Positions 61,083 through 64,000 of a stretch of DNA of 64,000 nt are shown piece after piece; the stretch's first letter is position 1; each line of letters starts with the position of its first letter. The DNA comes from Haplodiscus bocki (lineage: Eukaryota). The notes under the pieces were generated by a model. It worked only from the letters and a program-made list of their open reading frames with translations, did no database searches and was not told the origin of the DNA. The translations under genes were made by a program, and so were the position numbers. Location: the NCBI GenBank assembly GCA_965655095.1, contig OZ296653.1, positions 93,558,001 through 93,622,000 of the forward strand. The letters run 5' to 3'.

Positions 61083-64000
61083 ATGACTTCGATAGTCGCA
61101 GCGAAAAAAGTTCCACAAGAAAAACAGAACGTAACTATTAAGACCTGAGAAACATATATTATTCGGAAGTCTCTACTGCATTAAAGGTCCCAAAAAAAAT
61201 CAATAACCTCAAGTTGATTTCAATCATCATGTAGTTAGGAAACGCAGCACTCCAGAAAATCATGTTACCTGTAATTGTAAACTTTTCTTTGAAGACTTTG
61301 CAGGCTTCTATGCTTAATGATAACATGAAAAACCTCAGCATGGCTGTCCCATTCAGCCAACAAAAGTTGACCGTGGAGATAGCTTCACCGAAATTGACGA
61401 ACAAGTTTTGACAAATAGTTGCGTTCAATGCAACGTTCGCATGTAGATTCAGAGTCAGAAAATCTGAAAAACAAAAAACTCAAGTACGCGGAAGAAAATC
61501 TCAATGCAACAGTAGTGAACGAAAACTCGATCATTCCTTTTAGGACTGAAAACTTGCAGCCGAAGTGAATCTAGCGTTCGGGTCCCTTTGAATATCAAGG
61601 AAGATGGAAAATTCAAATTTTTTTATGCACATGAAAACAATACGCAGCCTAATTGATCGAACACTATCTGCACCAAAAATGAATTGACGAAAGGATAAGA
61701 TCTTCTCGACAAAACTGACGTCTGCAATTCATGAACTAAAGAAAGAATAAACACAGGATAGGGAGTCTCCGAAGTAACAAAATAACCCGTGTCTGCTACT
61801 TTAATCAAAGACATACCTGTGGGTTCCAACGAAGCTGTTTTACTCAAACCTTTGCCGAACAATTGCAAAGTGAACTGTTCTAAGTTTGAAGAGAACACAA
61901 AAGAGCCACACAACAACAAGTTGATTTTACTTGTGTTCTTGCTATCCATTTGCACAGAAAACAGCAGCTGGGAGAAAAAAATCTTAAATTTCGAATTATT
62001 CAACAAGGAAACAGATGGATTCAGCCACAATCAGTTCCAAAAAACCAACTGAATATTCATCCAGTTATCAGGAATCAACTAACACTCAATATTATGCTTT
62101 AAGATATAGTTTTGTGGATGGGAAATATATCTGAGTATTGCTAAATGGAGACAGCAACAAAACCAAAAAATTGTTCGACAACTGAGTATAAATGCTGTGC
62201 TTTCCAACCTTTGTCTTGTCTCAAATGTGACATTTTCTTCGAAAGAACCTAAAATATCCAGCAAGATTTAAACAGATGCAAAGAATGAAGTTGAATTTGT
62301 TCCATCTACCAAACGTGTGGTTTATACAAGAAAATAAGTTTCGCGAACTAGACTGTTTTGGTAATAAGTGCACGAGCCAAAATTTTTTTTCCAAACTTCA
62401 GCAGATTTCAACGTTGAATTGACTTGTGTCCACGGCGAAACTTTAAAACAAATCAACAAAACACATTGAATAGGAAGGCAAGTCCCAATGTCTGTTATCA
62501 CTCCTTCAGTTTTTTGAAAAAACAAATTCTCTTTTGCAAAGCTGATCTTTTTCCGTGCATCTCTTAATCCACATTTTCGAACAATCGGTTTCGAAAGGAA
62601 TGCAATAAAGGCCAATTTGTCCCTTGATAGCGAGACAACAACGAAGAATATATTAGGCAGCATCCTCGAAAAACTCACCCGATGTTAAAAACGAGGAGTG
62701 CAGGTTTACAAAAATGACATCAGTCCATTTAATTGCGAGGAGGAGATTTTTTTCTCTACTCAACTTCTAGAAATGCATAGGAGCCATTTGTTCAAACTGC
62801 AGGAATCTGTGGAACTTTATTGCAATGTTTCATTAGCATTTGGTTTCGAAAATCCAAAAAATGATCTCAATTTAATCACATCCTTCTCACTACCATTTAA
62901 TATTAAAGAACGAGACATTCAACCTAATGTTGTTGAAGAAGACAACCACCTCATCAAATTCAAAATCGCTTGTTCGCAATTTTTGTATGAAAAGAATTTT
63001 CTAGGTAGGTGGAGCATTAAATTTTGCTAGCTTCCTGAAAGCATGCAAAACTTCAGAAACCAAATTGTTTTTCCATACCAACCGGTCAATCACCTCGAAA
63101 CAATGCCAAAAACGGAAAGTCCTCAGTATCAAGCCTTGTACGGTATAAGTGATGGCTGGAACACCTCGAAGCAAAACAAAAAAGATTTATCAGTTTACTC
63201 AAAGGTGGAATGCCGACCGCAAAACTTGTTCTCAAATTGAACTTATTGAAGATGCCACCTATTAGGATTGAGAACTAAGAGAATATGGAAGCAGGAACGA
63301 ATGAATTCAGTTAGGAACTTTTGGCGCTGGAGCACGAATATTCTATGGTTTCAATTTTGGATTCATTGGAACAAACAATTGCCTTTTACCACAAACATAT
63401 CGATACAATGGAGCTTCCTTGTGAACTACCAAATTTCGCAACAAAAAATCCGCATGATTCCACGTATGTAAAAACCTATCCATTCACAGAAACAGACAAA
63501 AACTTAAGAGAAAGAAGACAAAAAATATTGCTTGTGGTCTTTTTGTTGTTACGCTCATTTGTTGAGGGAACTGCTATTCGAAAATCAACTTAAAATGCAA
63601 ATCCGTTGTTGGTATTGACAACCACCAATCACAACCAGGCTCGTTATGTCCATTTGTGGTAATCGGATTTGACACAGGTTGAAGTTTCAAATCAAAAACC
63701 TATAAATTCGCACCGCCACAAAAAACAGCCGTGGTTTTGATAAAATTTTCACCTTCTATTTCACGGAACAAGACCGCATGGTAAAAAAATTGAAGATTTT
63801 ATAAAACAGGCATTTACAAGGAAATTTATAGTTTCGATGTCGAAGGACTTTTAATGCTGCAACATTCTTCGAAGCCATCGGATGATTAAACACTTTAGTC
63901 CATGTGAAAAAGTTAGCCCATTTCTTTTTTACGGGGACATCAAACGATGCACTAAGACGAGAAATCGTATTAAATTTAGACACTACACTCTTAAGCAAAA
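61083..64000 (+). pseudogene. pPolB pseudogene of the large Polinton lineage (runs off the window)
   Basis: Zn-finger-like start; VNLAFG..FFYAHENN; LIKDIPVGSNEAVLLKP; YCNVSLAFGFENPKNDLNLI (ExoII GFNxxxYD); FPYQ; IWKQERMNSVRNFWRW; YPFTETDKNLRE; SVVGID (Pol motif A). Confidence 0.7.

Overview
AT-rich eukaryotic (animal-like) sequence made almost entirely of nested mobile elements; no intact host gene was found. (1) 16036-30502 is a 14.5-kb Ty3/Gypsy LTR retrotransposon with TG..CA LTRs (1844 and 1663 bp, about 97% identical by manual count), an ACCAG target-site duplication, PBS, PPT, gag, a UUUAAAC -1 frameshift site and pol (PR, dUTPase-like insert, RT, RNase H, C-terminally truncated IN). 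Between pol and the 3' LTR it carries an ANTISENSE gene with 9 exons and 8 spliceosomal introns. The reconstructed protein looks like a zinc-finger, catalytically dead hAT-type transposase. A divergent Ser/Pro-rich sense ORF reads through the PPT into the 3' LTR. Gag starts inside the LTR, and the LTR-end/PBS junction is triplicated as an in-frame 42-bp repeat. (2) Two decayed copies of a compact Polinton/adintovirus-like element lie at 1-12664 and 41435-56849 (integrase, pPolB, packaging ATPase, capsid genes). Their ~500-bp TIRs end in ~250-270-bp fold-back hairpins whose asymmetric loop occurs in both orientations (flip/flop-like). (3) Remnants of a second, larger Polinton lineage (INT, capsids, cysteine protease, pPolB) fill the rest. 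Protein assignments in the decayed Polintons come from motif recognition across frameshifts and stops and need HMM confirmation. A 200-N gap lies at 49335-49534.
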